NCBI GenBank assembly: GCA_965206695.1
Contig: CBDBKM010000011.1
Coordinates: 160,001-224,000 of the forward strand
DNA: 64,000 bases
Direction of reading: 5' to 3'
Origin: Chlamydiales bacterium
GTDB taxonomy: Bacteria > Chlamydiota > Chlamydiia > Chlamydiales > JAAZZY01
Shown: positions 1 to 9,599 of the stretch, piece by piece
How the letters are laid out: every line of letters starts with the position of its first letter
How positions within the stretch are numbered: position 1 is the stretch's first letter
Made by a program: the position numbers and the translations under genes
The notes under the pieces: generated by a model
Told to the model about the DNA's origin: nothing
The model's input: only the letters and a program-made list of their open reading frames with translations
The model's database searches: none

Positions 1-1122
1 TTATCACCTAGGCTTGCAGATGGCCTTTTTCTATATCAGCAGGACTTAAAAATACCTTTAGATCAATTTCTATTAAAATTAAAAAGCATTACATATCAAA
101 AAGGACTAGGTTCTCTTTTTGATAAAACTTCGCGTTTGATTGCAAATGTACAGATCCTTATAAAATATTTACATACCGCTAAATTAGAGCATGCCAAACG
201 GGCTGCTGAACTTGCCAAAGCTGACCTCGCTTCCGGTCTCGTCTTTGAATTTCCTGAATTGCAAGGAACGATTGGTAAACATTATGCCATCGCCGGTGGA
301 GAAGATTTCGAAGTAGCAAAAGCCATTGAAGAACACCGGATGCCTTGCTCGGAAAATGGCTCTCTTCCTCAGACAGAAAGTGGCATATTAGTTGCATTAG
401 CTGATAAAATTGATAATCTCATCGCTTGTTTTATTAATGATTTGAAACCCACCTCTTCAAGCGATCCACACGCTCTCAGAAGGCAAGTATTAGGCATTAT
501 TAAGATTCTCATTGCTAAAGAATGTCATTTACCCCTAAAAAAAGTCTTAAATGAATGCTATGACAACTTTATTCAATCTGTCGATCCTTGCCCGAAACAT
601 GACAAACAAGAGGTTTTAAATGATCTAAATGACTTCATTATAGCTAGAATTAAAACAGTCTTTCAGTTCTATGATTTTAATAAAGATGAAATTGAAGCTT
701 CATTATCAACAGGTTTTTCAAATATCTTTGATATGTTTTTAAAAGTCAAAGCTCTCCATGCTTTTCGTATCAGTAATAAGTTTTCTTCTTTATATGAAGT
801 TTTTAAAAGAGCTAAAGGTCAGCTTCATAAACAGCAAAAACATGATTTTTTAAATGATCTTTTGAAAGAAAAAGCTGAGACAGTCTTACATAACCAAATC
901 GAATCAATGAAAACTTCATTTATTACAGCTTTAGAAGAAAGAGAGTATGTGACAGCTTACGACCTCTTAGCAGAATTACAACCTTTTTTGGCTGCGTTTT
1001 TCGAAGAAGTAAAGATCTTAGATAATAACGAACAGCTAAAACACAACAGGCTGGCATTGCTACAAAATGTCTTTGATTTGTTTGAGCAATTACTTGATTT
1101 TTCAAAAATCCAAGAAAAATAA
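1..1122 (+). CDS. glyS: Glycine--tRNA ligase, beta-subunit-like C-terminal part (5'-truncated by window edge)
   Basis: Frame is open from base 1 (LSPRLADGLF...). Motifs KADLASGLVFEFPELQG and PTSSSDPHALRRQ, and the C-terminal NRLALL anticodon-binding region. Confidence 0.93.
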   Translation, partial: LSPRLADGLFLYQQDLKIPLDQFLLKLKSITYQKGLGSLFDKTSRLIANVQILIKYLHTAKLEHAKRAAELAKADLASGLVFEFPELQGTIGKHYAIAGGEDFEVAKAIEEHRMPCSENGSLPQTESGILVALADKIDNLIACFINDLKPTSSSDPHALRRQVLGIIKILIAKECHLPLKKVLNECYDNFIQSVDPCPKHDKQEVLNDLNDFIIARIKTVFQFYDFNKDEIEASLSTGFSNIFDMFLKVKALHAFRISNKFSSLYEVFKRAKGQLHKQQKHDFLNDLLKEKAETVLHNQIESMKTSFITALEEREYVTAYDLLAELQPFLAAFFEEVKILDNNEQLKHNRLALLQNVFDLFEQLLDFSKIQEK

Positions 1123-1137
1123 TTGAGAAGAAATCAT

Positions 1138-2491
1138 CTACGCTTCAATTATGTTCTCTTTTTTTAATAAAAGATGAATAGGTTCAGCTTCTTCAATATG
1201 AACTTCTTTTAATTTTTCAAGACATTCTGAGACAATGAAAGCAATTTCTTGCTGTAACTTGCTTGTCATCAATTTCGTCTTATCGAGTTCCATTAAAGCT
1301 TCTTCTAAGCCTTGCTTAGCATCATCTAAGATATTTTCCATCATATGGTGATAACCAACAGATAAGTTGATTTCAGAAGAATGCTCTATAGTCATTTAAT
1401 TTTATATTGATAAGATTGCTTGATCAATGGCGAATGTAAAATTCGTAACTTTTCGTAATATCTCTCTAACTTTATTTTTCATATTAGCCCAATATTTTTC
1501 TATAGGATTTAAGTCCGGAGAATATGGAGGAAGAAACATAAGCTTACAACCGGCAGATTCTACTGTTTTCCTGCTTTCCGCTGACTTGTGAAAACCGGCA
1601 TTGTCAAGAATAAGAACACTACCGGGTGTAAGCTGAGGAGTCAAAACTTCCTTAAGCCAAATATTGAATAACCCGGTATTACAAGTACCTTCAAAACACA
1701 TTGGAGATAAAAACTGCCCTTTAGATAGGGCTGAAATAATATTTTGCCTTATAAAGCGGTTTCCTGAAACCGCTCCAAAAACTTTTTTGCCGCGTAAGCT
1801 TCTTCCGGACTCACGAAATAAAAATTGATGAATCCCGGTTTCATCGAGATAAATTCTCTTGTCAAAGGGAATATTTTTTAAATCTTTCATAAAAGCTTCC
1901 CGTTTCTTTTCATCTCTTTCCTTATAGCGAGTAGTTTTTTTTTTCGTGTAATTTTTAATCTTTTAAGGGCATAAAAAATCGTTTGCGGAGTGACTGAAAA
2001 ATAATCAGCAATTTCCGATAAAAAATAATCCGGATGTTTTTCTACATATTTAGATAACAACTCATCATCTAATTTCTTATAAGCATATTTTCTGCGGATT
2101 GGCTTTAAATGTCCTTTTTGCTTTTTTTGCAAGATCCATCGATATATTGTTGCGATACCTACTTGAAAAATATGGCCGGCTGTTTTTTTATCATGATGTT
2201 TTTCTATATGTTGTCATACTTTCTCTCGAAGATCTACTGAATAGGCTCTAGGCATTGTTTTGTCCTTACTGTTTGTATAAAAAAAGAAGGATAACATATT
2301 ATCAAATAAAAATTAAAATACTATAAGGACGACACACTCCCCTTTAAAGCCTCTTTTTCCTTCTCTACTCTTAAAATTAACTTCTCTAATAAATCTTCAA
2401 TTGTTTTCTTCGATACTAAATCTTTTTTTTCTTCCCTTCTCTCTGATGATAGACTTCTTGCTAAAAAGGATGAAAGTGATCTTTTTACCAT
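1138..2491 (-). pseudogene. 138-aa helical hypothetical protein split by IS630 copy 1
   Basis: ATG at 2491 with AAGGA upstream. 56 codons reach the TA at 2324-2325. Removing the IS and one TA rejoins them in frame (...GSVSSL|EHSSEINL...) to the 1138..1386 segment. Confidence 0.8.
1389..2323 (-). mobile_element. IS630-family IS, copy 1 (935 bp; orfA/orfB; orfA nonsense)
   Basis: Imperfect terminal IRs TAGTATTTTAATTTT / TAGTCATTTAATTTT with TA duplication (1387-88, 2324-25). DDE motifs YLDETG, ILDNAGFH, LPPYSPDLNPIE. Confidence 0.95.
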
Positions 2492-2615
2492 AATATTCTT
2501 CCTTGGTTAAGTTAGCAAAAATGTATCTTCAAAGTTAAAAAAATAAATTGAAAAAGCATCGTAGCCTAAGAAGTAAAGTAGGTCAATTCTTTTTATTTTT
2601 ATAAAGGCAAGCTTG

Positions 2616-3017
2616 CTAAGGAAGGAATCTCTGTTTATATCTGCTTTGTAGAGATCCGGTACGGTTTTTAACCGGACATGATCGGTTTTTTGCTATAAGA
2701 ACATATACCCAATCACAAAAAAAAGGTGGTAGGATGTATGTCCAGCCTATTAATCGCCAAATTCCACCCAATAACCAAAAAAGGCGGAATACCGCCTTAG
2801 AACGGATTAATGCCTTTTTTTTAGATGATTGAAAATTTTCTAAAAAGACAAGAGAGTCCACTTTCGGATTAATACCTTTTAACTCTTCTTTTGCTGTTAT
2901 TCCTTTTAAAGGGGCAAATAATAACAGTTTATTTTTATCGATTTTTAATAACAATAGAATCATTCGATTACAAAAAAGACAATCCGCATCATAGAAAACA
3001 ATATGTTTGGGTTGCAA
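2616..3017 (-). CDS. DCC-family thiol-disulfide oxidoreductase (DUF393-like)
   Basis: N-terminal FYDADCLFC (DxxCxxC), FAPL, and C-terminal Y..IAKNR motifs. Confidence 0.85.
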   Translation of the reverse strand: MQPKHIVFYDADCLFCNRMILLLLKIDKNKLLLFAPLKGITAKEELKGINPKVDSLVFLENFQSSKKKALIRSKAVFRLFWLLGGIWRLIGWTYILPPFFCDWVYVLIAKNRSCPVKNRTGSLQSRYKQRFLP

Positions 3018-4799
3018 TTAAATGCCCTCCATACTGATCTGTGGTGGAATTTTAATAAGGCTTTCAAATTCCTTAGCTAATTCAATCGCTTCTTCATCAG
3101 AAAGGTTACCACTTTGCAATTTCACTCTGACATTATCTCGTCGTTGCATCCAATCTCGATTCAATATTTCTTGAAGTGATGAAATAAAATATTCTTCCGC
3201 CTTATCTTTATTAACTTTTTTTTCCAATATTTCTGAGATCACATCTTGTTCATTGCCTTGATTTAAATCAATTACAAGAGATAACAATTCTTTAGGTTCT
3301 TCATTAGTATAAGCGTTCATCAGCGTTTGATAAATATTTCGGCAATCGACATCATAGATGTGATCTTTTTTTATGTTGTTTCTTGCAAGATTTATAAATT
3401 TAGGGTATTTCTTGCCCATCATTAATAACCAATAAAGAAAATCGCATTCTAATATCCTATCAGAATTAATCTGAACCGAATCAATTTTACCCGGCTTGAA
3501 AAAAAGAGCCTTATGCATACGAACATTATCTATACCTAGCATGGATTCAGGAACCTGAGTTAAAGAAGCTAATTTCTTTAAGCTTTCATATACCATGATT
3601 TTATCATCCCACTCTTTGATTCGAGTTGTCATCGTCTGTAAAAAACGGCTTTTTTCAGCGGGATTGTGTAAATCTATTTTTTTTGAATACATGAGAAATA
3701 AATAAGTTAAATAATCCGTTTTATCCTCCAGCAAATCCTGAAAAGCGTTTATCCCATGATCTCTAATACATTGATCAGGATCTATCCCATCCGGGATATT
3801 AACGATAAATACGGCAATACCCTTTTTTTGCAGTAAATGACCGGTTTTTAAGCTGGCTTCTATTCCGGCAGAATCAGAATCAAAAGCTAAGATCACCATT
3901 TCTACACCTAACCTAATAAGTTGGTCAGCTTGAGCTTCAGTAAAAGCTGTTCCTTGAGAAGCTACTGTTAGATTCAATCCCTCATAAATAAGACGTAAGG
4001 CATCAATTTGACCTTCTACAATAATAGCTTTTCTTTCTTTAGCAATACGTCTTCGGCAATAGCTCAAACCAAATAATGCTTGTGATTTTTTAAAGAGATA
4101 GGTCTCTTTACTATTCACATACTTACCGCCACCGGTCTCTTCTTTATATTTACGCCCGGAAAAGCCGATGATCGCTCCTCTAAAATCTCTAATAGAAAAA
4201 ATAATTCTATCATAAAAAAAATCACGCACTCTACCATTATCAGCCTGAGTAATAATACCCGTATCTAATAATTGCTTCTTTTTAAATCCCTTTTCAATAA
4301 GTGTTTTATAAACGCTAAATGACTTGGAAGCTAGTCCGATCTGAAATTGTTTTATAAACTCTAAAGAGATTCCTCTTTGATACAAATAATGAAGAGCTTC
4401 ACGCCCCTCCTTAGTATGAAGAAGAACAAAATGATAGAACTTAGTAGTAAATTCCATTATTTTAAAAAGCTCGGTTTTATTAGGCCCGTCTTTTCTATCG
4501 TTAGTATATTCTAAATGGACATGATAACGCTCAGCCAATGTCTCCACGGCTTCTTGAAATGTCATTTTCAGATAATCCATCAAAAATTCAATGGCATCTC
4601 CATGAACAGAACAACCAAAACAGTGATAATGAAAAGCGCCTTTTTGGACGCCAAATGAGGGTGTTTTTTCATCGTGGAAAGGACAAAGAGCTTTGTAATA
4701 ACCGCCGGCCGGTTTTAATTCTAAATAGGAAGAAAGCAGATCTACAAGATCTATTTTATGTCTTAGAGTTTCTAAACATTCTTTGGTAAATGACGGCAC
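3018..4799 (-). CDS. dnaG: DNA primase
   Basis: Zinc finger CPFHDEKTPSF...HCFGC, KYVNSKET, and Toprim motifs VEGQID and FDSDSAG. Confidence 0.97.
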   Translation of the reverse strand: MPSFTKECLETLRHKIDLVDLLSSYLELKPAGGYYKALCPFHDEKTPSFGVQKGAFHYHCFGCSVHGDAIEFLMDYLKMTFQEAVETLAERYHVHLEYTNDRKDGPNKTELFKIMEFTTKFYHFVLLHTKEGREALHYLYQRGISLEFIKQFQIGLASKSFSVYKTLIEKGFKKKQLLDTGIITQADNGRVRDFFYDRIIFSIRDFRGAIIGFSGRKYKEETGGGKYVNSKETYLFKKSQALFGLSYCRRRIAKERKAIIVEGQIDALRLIYEGLNLTVASQGTAFTEAQADQLIRLGVEMVILAFDSDSAGIEASLKTGHLLQKKGIAVFIVNIPDGIDPDQCIRDHGINAFQDLLEDKTDYLTYLFLMYSKKIDLHNPAEKSRFLQTMTTRIKEWDDKIMVYESLKKLASLTQVPESMLGIDNVRMHKALFFKPGKIDSVQINSDRILECDFLYWLLMMGKKYPKFINLARNNIKKDHIYDVDCRNIYQTLMNAYTNEEPKELLSLVIDLNQGNEQDVISEILEKKVNKDKAEEYFISSLQEILNRDWMQRRDNVRVKLQSGNLSDEEAIELAKEFESLIKIPPQISMEGI

Positions 4800-4801
4800 G
4801 G

Positions 4802-6835
4802 TTATGACACCACGCTTCCGGGAGGTAAATCATCAATGAAAGGGACTTCTAATCGATCATTACAACTCGTTGTTAACAACATTCCATGACTGACTATTCC
4901 CATAATTTTAACCGACTTTAAATTAGTAATTAATATGACTTTTTTACCTAATAGATCAGAGGGGTCATAAAATTGACTAATTCCCGATACTATTGCCCTA
5001 GTCTCAAACCCTAAATCAACTTTCAGCTTTAATAATTTGTTACTTTTTTCAACTTTTCCGGCCTCTATTATTAGAGCAACTCTTAAATCTAATTTAGTAA
5101 AATCATCAAAAGAGACTTCCTCTTTTATAGAAGTATAAACTATTTCTGTTTCAATTGGATTGCCCTGAAGTTTCTCAACTTGTTGTTCAATAATGTCATC
5201 TTCAACTTTCATAAATAAAACCGTTGGTTGGGGTAACTCTTGCCCTGCTATTAAGGACTCTTGAATACACTCCATTAAACTCATCGATGTAAAAGACACA
5301 GGCATCCCCAGCATCTCCCATAAACGAGAAGCTGATTTTGGAATAATGGGATAAAATAGTAAAGCTAATAATTTCAGACATTCCAAACAACAAAAAAGCG
5401 TTGTATTCATACGTCCATGGCTATTTTCTGATTTAGCATCAACCCATGGCGTTTTGTCATTAAAATAGATATTACCAATTTGAGCCAATTCCATAATAGA
5501 CGCACACGCACGCCTTAATTGGAAGTGTTCAAAATTAGTCATAATTTGATTGGTTAGAGTCTTACACTTTTCTAAGAATTGAAGATCGGTCGGCTCCAAC
5601 TCCCCTCTTGGTGGAATGACACCCTTAGCTTGCTTCTTTGTAAATACTAATACACGATTAACAAGGTTGCCAAATTTACTTAACAGTTCGGCATTACAAC
5701 GCATTTGAAAATCTTTCCAGGTAAATTCGGAGTCTTGTGACTCCGGAGCATTAGCTGCAATCGCATAACGAATCTGATCCGAAGTAAAATGATCAAAAAA
5801 ATCTTCTAGATCAATTATCCAATTGTCCGACTTGCTAAACTGCTTCCCTTGCAAATTATAAAACTCGTTAGCCGGCAGTTCATCTACAAGTTTATAAGGT
5901 TGATCTTGTCCCATAATCATTGCGGGAAAAAAAACGGCATGAAATGGAATATTATCTTTGCCTATAAACTGAACTAGTTTTGTGTCGGGATCACACCAGT
6001 ACTCTTTCCAGAGCTCCGGCTGACCTTTTTTCTCTGCCCATTCTTTGGTCGCAGATAAATAACCAATAGGAGCATCAAACCAGACATAAAAGACTTTACC
6101 TTGAGCATCTTTTAAAGGAACTTTTATCCCCCAGTTTAAATCTCTGGTAATAGATCTGGGCCTTGCTTCTTCTATATAATTTAGTGCTAAGTTAGCCACT
6201 TGAGGTTTCCAATTCTTCACCTTAATCCATTCAAGTAAACGGTCTTTGAATTTATCTAAAAGAAAGAACCAATGCTCTGTTTCCTTTAAAACCAAAGGAG
6301 CTTGGCTTAATTTTGAACGAGGATTAATTAAATCTCTTGATTCGAAGCTAGCTGCACATTTTGAGCATTCATCTCCACGAGCTTCTTCAAAAGCACACTT
6401 AGGGCAGGTGCCCAAAACATATCTATCAGCTAAAAACCGTTTGTCTTTTTCAGAATAGAGTTGCTCAGTTATTTGTTTTTCAATGTATCCGTTCTTCAAA
6501 AGTTCATTGAAAAACTGTTGAACCAACTCTTCATGATAAGGGTTAGTTGTTCGAGAATAATGATCAAATTGAAAATCCAACTGAGAAAAAAAATTCATAG
6601 CTAAATGATGATGATAATCGACATACTCTTTTGGTGGTTTTTTTGCCTTTTCTGCACTTAAAGTAACCGCTGCCCCATATTCGTCTGAACCACATACATA
6701 TAAGACATCATTGCCTTTCATTCGTTGATATCTGGCATAGCAGTCTGCGGGCAAATACGCTCCGGCAATATGCCCAAAATGCAAGGGCCCATTTGCATAA
6801 GGAAGAGCAGAGGTAATCAGGATTTTTTGCTTCAT
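4802..6835 (-). CDS. metG: Methionine--tRNA ligase with C-terminal tRNA-binding domain
   Basis: TSALPYANGPLHFGH, zinc knuckle, YVWFDA, GKDNIPFH, KQFSKS, and C-terminal DLRVA...LLKLKVDLG. Confidence 0.97.
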   Translation of the reverse strand: MKQKILITSALPYANGPLHFGHIAGAYLPADCYARYQRMKGNDVLYVCGSDEYGAAVTLSAEKAKKPPKEYVDYHHHLAMNFFSQLDFQFDHYSRTTNPYHEELVQQFFNELLKNGYIEKQITEQLYSEKDKRFLADRYVLGTCPKCAFEEARGDECSKCAASFESRDLINPRSKLSQAPLVLKETEHWFFLLDKFKDRLLEWIKVKNWKPQVANLALNYIEEARPRSITRDLNWGIKVPLKDAQGKVFYVWFDAPIGYLSATKEWAEKKGQPELWKEYWCDPDTKLVQFIGKDNIPFHAVFFPAMIMGQDQPYKLVDELPANEFYNLQGKQFSKSDNWIIDLEDFFDHFTSDQIRYAIAANAPESQDSEFTWKDFQMRCNAELLSKFGNLVNRVLVFTKKQAKGVIPPRGELEPTDLQFLEKCKTLTNQIMTNFEHFQLRRACASIMELAQIGNIYFNDKTPWVDAKSENSHGRMNTTLFCCLECLKLLALLFYPIIPKSASRLWEMLGMPVSFTSMSLMECIQESLIAGQELPQPTVLFMKVEDDIIEQQVEKLQGNPIETEIVYTSIKEEVSFDDFTKLDLRVALIIEAGKVEKSNKLLKLKVDLGFETRAIVSGISQFYDPSDLLGKKVILITNLKSVKIMGIVSHGMLLTTSCNDRLEVPFIDDLPPGSVVS

Positions 6836-6863
6836 AAGAGATTAAACAAGGTTGGGGATCCGA

Positions 6864-7115
6864 TCATTCTACTTCCTTATTAGAAATTTCCTTATCAGTA
6901 TTTTCAGTTTTTACACTATCAGTAGGTTCTTGCATTTTTTCTTTTAGTACTTGTTTTAACACGTTATAAACTTGATTGCCGCCTGACCCAAACGTATCGA
7001 CTTGACTGGAAAGTATGAGTCTGTGTGCTACTTTGATAGCATGATTAACTAACTCAAAAGAATTGCCATACTCCTTGCCTAGCTTTTCATTAGTCAGATC
7101 ATTTTGTTTAGACAT
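6864..7115 (-). CDS. rpoZ: Probable RNA polymerase omega subunit (chlamydial type)
   Basis: Small protein with LTNEKL...NSFELVNHAI, immediately downstream of gmk (gmk-rpoZ synteny). Confidence 0.7.
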   Translation of the reverse strand: MSKQNDLTNEKLGKEYGNSFELVNHAIKVAHRLILSSQVDTFGSGGNQVYNVLKQVLKEKMQEPTDSVKTENTDKEISNKEVE

Positions 7116-7161
7116 TTAATCTCCTTTTTTAAATTAAGAATGTTATAATTGACACTTAATC

Positions 7162-7773
7162 TTATGGTTTTTGATCTGTTTTATGATCTTCTGCCACAAG
7201 AATACCACGTAAAATTTCATACGCAATATCAAGGTCCTTATTGACAATATGATAATCGTAATATTTAGCTAATTCGATTTCTTTTGCAGCCCAAGATAAG
7301 CGTTGTTCGATGACTTCTTCCGATTCTGTTTTTCTCTTCTCTAAGCGTTTTTTTAATTCCTCCATCGAGGGTGGGCTTAAGAAAATAAATACCGCATCAA
7401 TAAACCCCTGAACTTTCATTGCTCCTTGCGTATCAATTACCAGAAAAACATGCTTTTTCTGTTCAATTAAATTTTCGACTAATTTTTTAGAGGTTCCATA
7501 ATAATGGCCGAAAACCTGAGCAAATTCTAAAAATCCACCTTCTTCTATCTTTTGCTTAAACTCGTTTTTAGTAACAAAATTGTAATGTACCCCATTAATT
7601 TCATGCCCCCTTGGCTCTCTTGTCGTATATGAGACACTTTCAGTTACACATGAAAATTCGTGTTTCAGTTTTTCGACCAAAGTTGTCTTCCCTGTTCCGG
7701 CAGGAGCGCTAAGGACAAATACTATCCCTTTCTTTCTATTACCTAACAAAGCGCTTTGGTCATTATTCAACAT
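7162..7773 (-). CDS. gmk: Guanylate kinase
   Basis: SAPAGTGKTT P-loop, SYTTREPR, YYGTS. Confidence 0.97.
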   Translation of the reverse strand: MLNNDQSALLGNRKKGIVFVLSAPAGTGKTTLVEKLKHEFSCVTESVSYTTREPRGHEINGVHYNFVTKNEFKQKIEEGGFLEFAQVFGHYYGTSKKLVENLIEQKKHVFLVIDTQGAMKVQGFIDAVFIFLSPPSMEELKKRLEKRKTESEEVIEQRLSWAAKEIELAKYYDYHIVNKDLDIAYEILRGILVAEDHKTDQKP

Positions 7774-8653
7774 TTTGTATTTGCTCTTTTATCTTTTCCA
7801 GTTCACTTTTAGCTTTAATAACAAGAGAAGATATCGCGTTATCTGAAGCCTTCACTACAATGGTTTGTAATTCCCGATGCATTTCTTTAATAAGAAAATC
7901 TAATGTCTTACCAATGTGAGAATCTTCATCTTTTATCAGATTGATGAACTGATCCACATGAGAATTTAGGCGTGTGATTTCCTCAGTGATATCACAACGC
8001 TCAGCATAAATCACAATTTCCCTTAATAAACGCTCTTCATTTTCTCCATTATCAGGCAAAACCTCTTCTAAGCGTTTGGTTAGCTTTTCTTTAAGCTTTT
8101 CAGTTGCATCTGATGTGTTTTTTTCAATATCTTCTACAAAAAGCTTGATACTGTTAATTCTATTTATAATCTCTTTTTCTAAATACGCCCCTTCCGTTTT
8201 TCGCATTTTATCAAATTTTTCCAATGTTTCAGTAATACATTTTTGTATAATTTCAAAAATTTTAGATCGATTTTTTAGTTCATTGTCGTGTAGAAAAAGA
8301 GAAGGTTCTCGTACTAATAATAATTCCAACCCACGCTCTGCATCTTTAATATCCACTGATGTAATAATAGCATCCCATGCCAATTTAATAGATTTAGCCA
8401 TAGCAATGTTAGGTTGAATGGATTGCGGGATAAAATTATCGTTAAATTGGACCGACAAGACCAGATTTATCTGTCCTCTGCCAATTGTATTAGCTAATTT
8501 TTTTTTTATTTCACTATCAAATGAAATAAACTGTTTAGGTAAATGCGTATGAATCTCTAAAAATTTTCTATTAACAGATTGGATTTCAACAACAAAGCGT
8601 CCCATAAAAGCTGTTGTGCTCGCTCGAGCAAAAGCTGTCATACTTTTTAACAT
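7763..8653 (-). CDS. yicC: YicC/YloC-family endoribonuclease
   Basis: MLKSMTAFAR, EIQSVNRKFLE, DITEEITRL, GKTLDFL..EMHRE, EQIQNVE; directly upstream of gmk. Confidence 0.92.
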   Translation of the reverse strand: MLKSMTAFARASTTAFMGRFVVEIQSVNRKFLEIHTHLPKQFISFDSEIKKKLANTIGRGQINLVLSVQFNDNFIPQSIQPNIAMAKSIKLAWDAIITSVDIKDAERGLELLLVREPSLFLHDNELKNRSKIFEIIQKCITETLEKFDKMRKTEGAYLEKEIINRINSIKLFVEDIEKNTSDATEKLKEKLTKRLEEVLPDNGENEERLLREIVIYAERCDITEEITRLNSHVDQFINLIKDEDSHIGKTLDFLIKEMHRELQTIVVKASDNAISSLVIKAKSELEKIKEQIQNVE

Positions 8654-8740
8654 ATCAAATTATGAATAAAACTATTAAATAGTGGAGGCAATAATGTAAA
8701 TTAAGAAATAATATCCGTCAATATTAAAGGAATGCTTTAT

Positions 8741-9100
8741 TCAAGATTTAGGTAGTACATAATGATTACAAATGACACCTGCGATCCAAACAATAAAACC
8801 CACTGATAGTGCACTTATTGGAGTCCGGGATACCGGACCTGATATTCCCATTTGATTCCCCGCTAAAAGCCCATAAATAATTCCATTTAATATCAATCCG
8901 TAAAAACCTAACACACGCCATGAATATGACCAATGAAAAAGATGGACAAACGTACGAACAAGAGCATTTAATATGGCAATAACAAAAGAAAAAAGCGACT
9001 CTTGCAAAGACCGGTAATTACTAATTTCAATACCGACGACCAAGCGATCAGCAAATAAAGCCACAACAAAAACAAAAAAAACTCGTAAAAGAAAAGACAT
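8741..9100 (-). CDS. 4-TM phage-holin-family (YvlD-like) membrane protein, paralog 2
   Basis: Four hydrophobic segments; LNALVR and G...LILNG motifs. Confidence 0.65.
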   Translation of the reverse strand: MSFLLRVFFVFVVALFADRLVVGIEISNYRSLQESLFSFVIAILNALVRTFVHLFHWSYSWRVLGFYGLILNGIIYGLLAGNQMGISGPVSRTPISALSVGFIVWIAGVICNHYVLPKS

Positions 9101-9101
9101 A

Positions 9102-9458
9102 CTATTTTACTCTTCTAATAACGTAATGGTTACATATACTAGAAACCGCTAAGACAATAACGCCTGACCAGAATACGGTATAACCATATTTAGCAGTAAC
9201 CCCGGCAAACTTAAGAGCATCTAAAGCGACTAAGCCATATAGAATAGAATTCAAAATTAAAGCTATAACCCCAATCAGCCACCAAGAATTCGAATGACTA
9301 AACCAATGTACAAAAGGGCGAATTAAAGCATTTAACCAACCAAAAACTAAGGCGACAAAAAACTCGAACCAGTAACTATAAATATCATAACCCGGAATAA
9401 CCCGATTAGCAAAGAGTACCGCCACCAAAATAATCGCCCATCGAAAAACAAAAGGCAT
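9102..9458 (-). CDS. 4-TM phage-holin-family (YvlD-like) membrane protein, paralog 1
   Basis: IPG..I...ALVFGWLNALIRPF...LILN pattern; four TM segments. Confidence 0.72.
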   Translation of the reverse strand: MPFVFRWAIILVAVLFANRVIPGYDIYSYWFEFFVALVFGWLNALIRPFVHWFSHSNSWWLIGVIALILNSILYGLVALDALKFAGVTAKYGYTVFWSGVIVLAVSSICNHYVIRRVK

Positions 9459-9599
9459 CTTTTCTCCTTCCTTAATAACAAATCCGATATATTGTTTTTA
9501 ACATAACCGGAAGGACAATTAAAACCCATGGCTTTGTCAAAATCGACAAAAAAATTTATATATGTTATGTTCAAGTTTTTGATATAATAAAGTTGCTAT

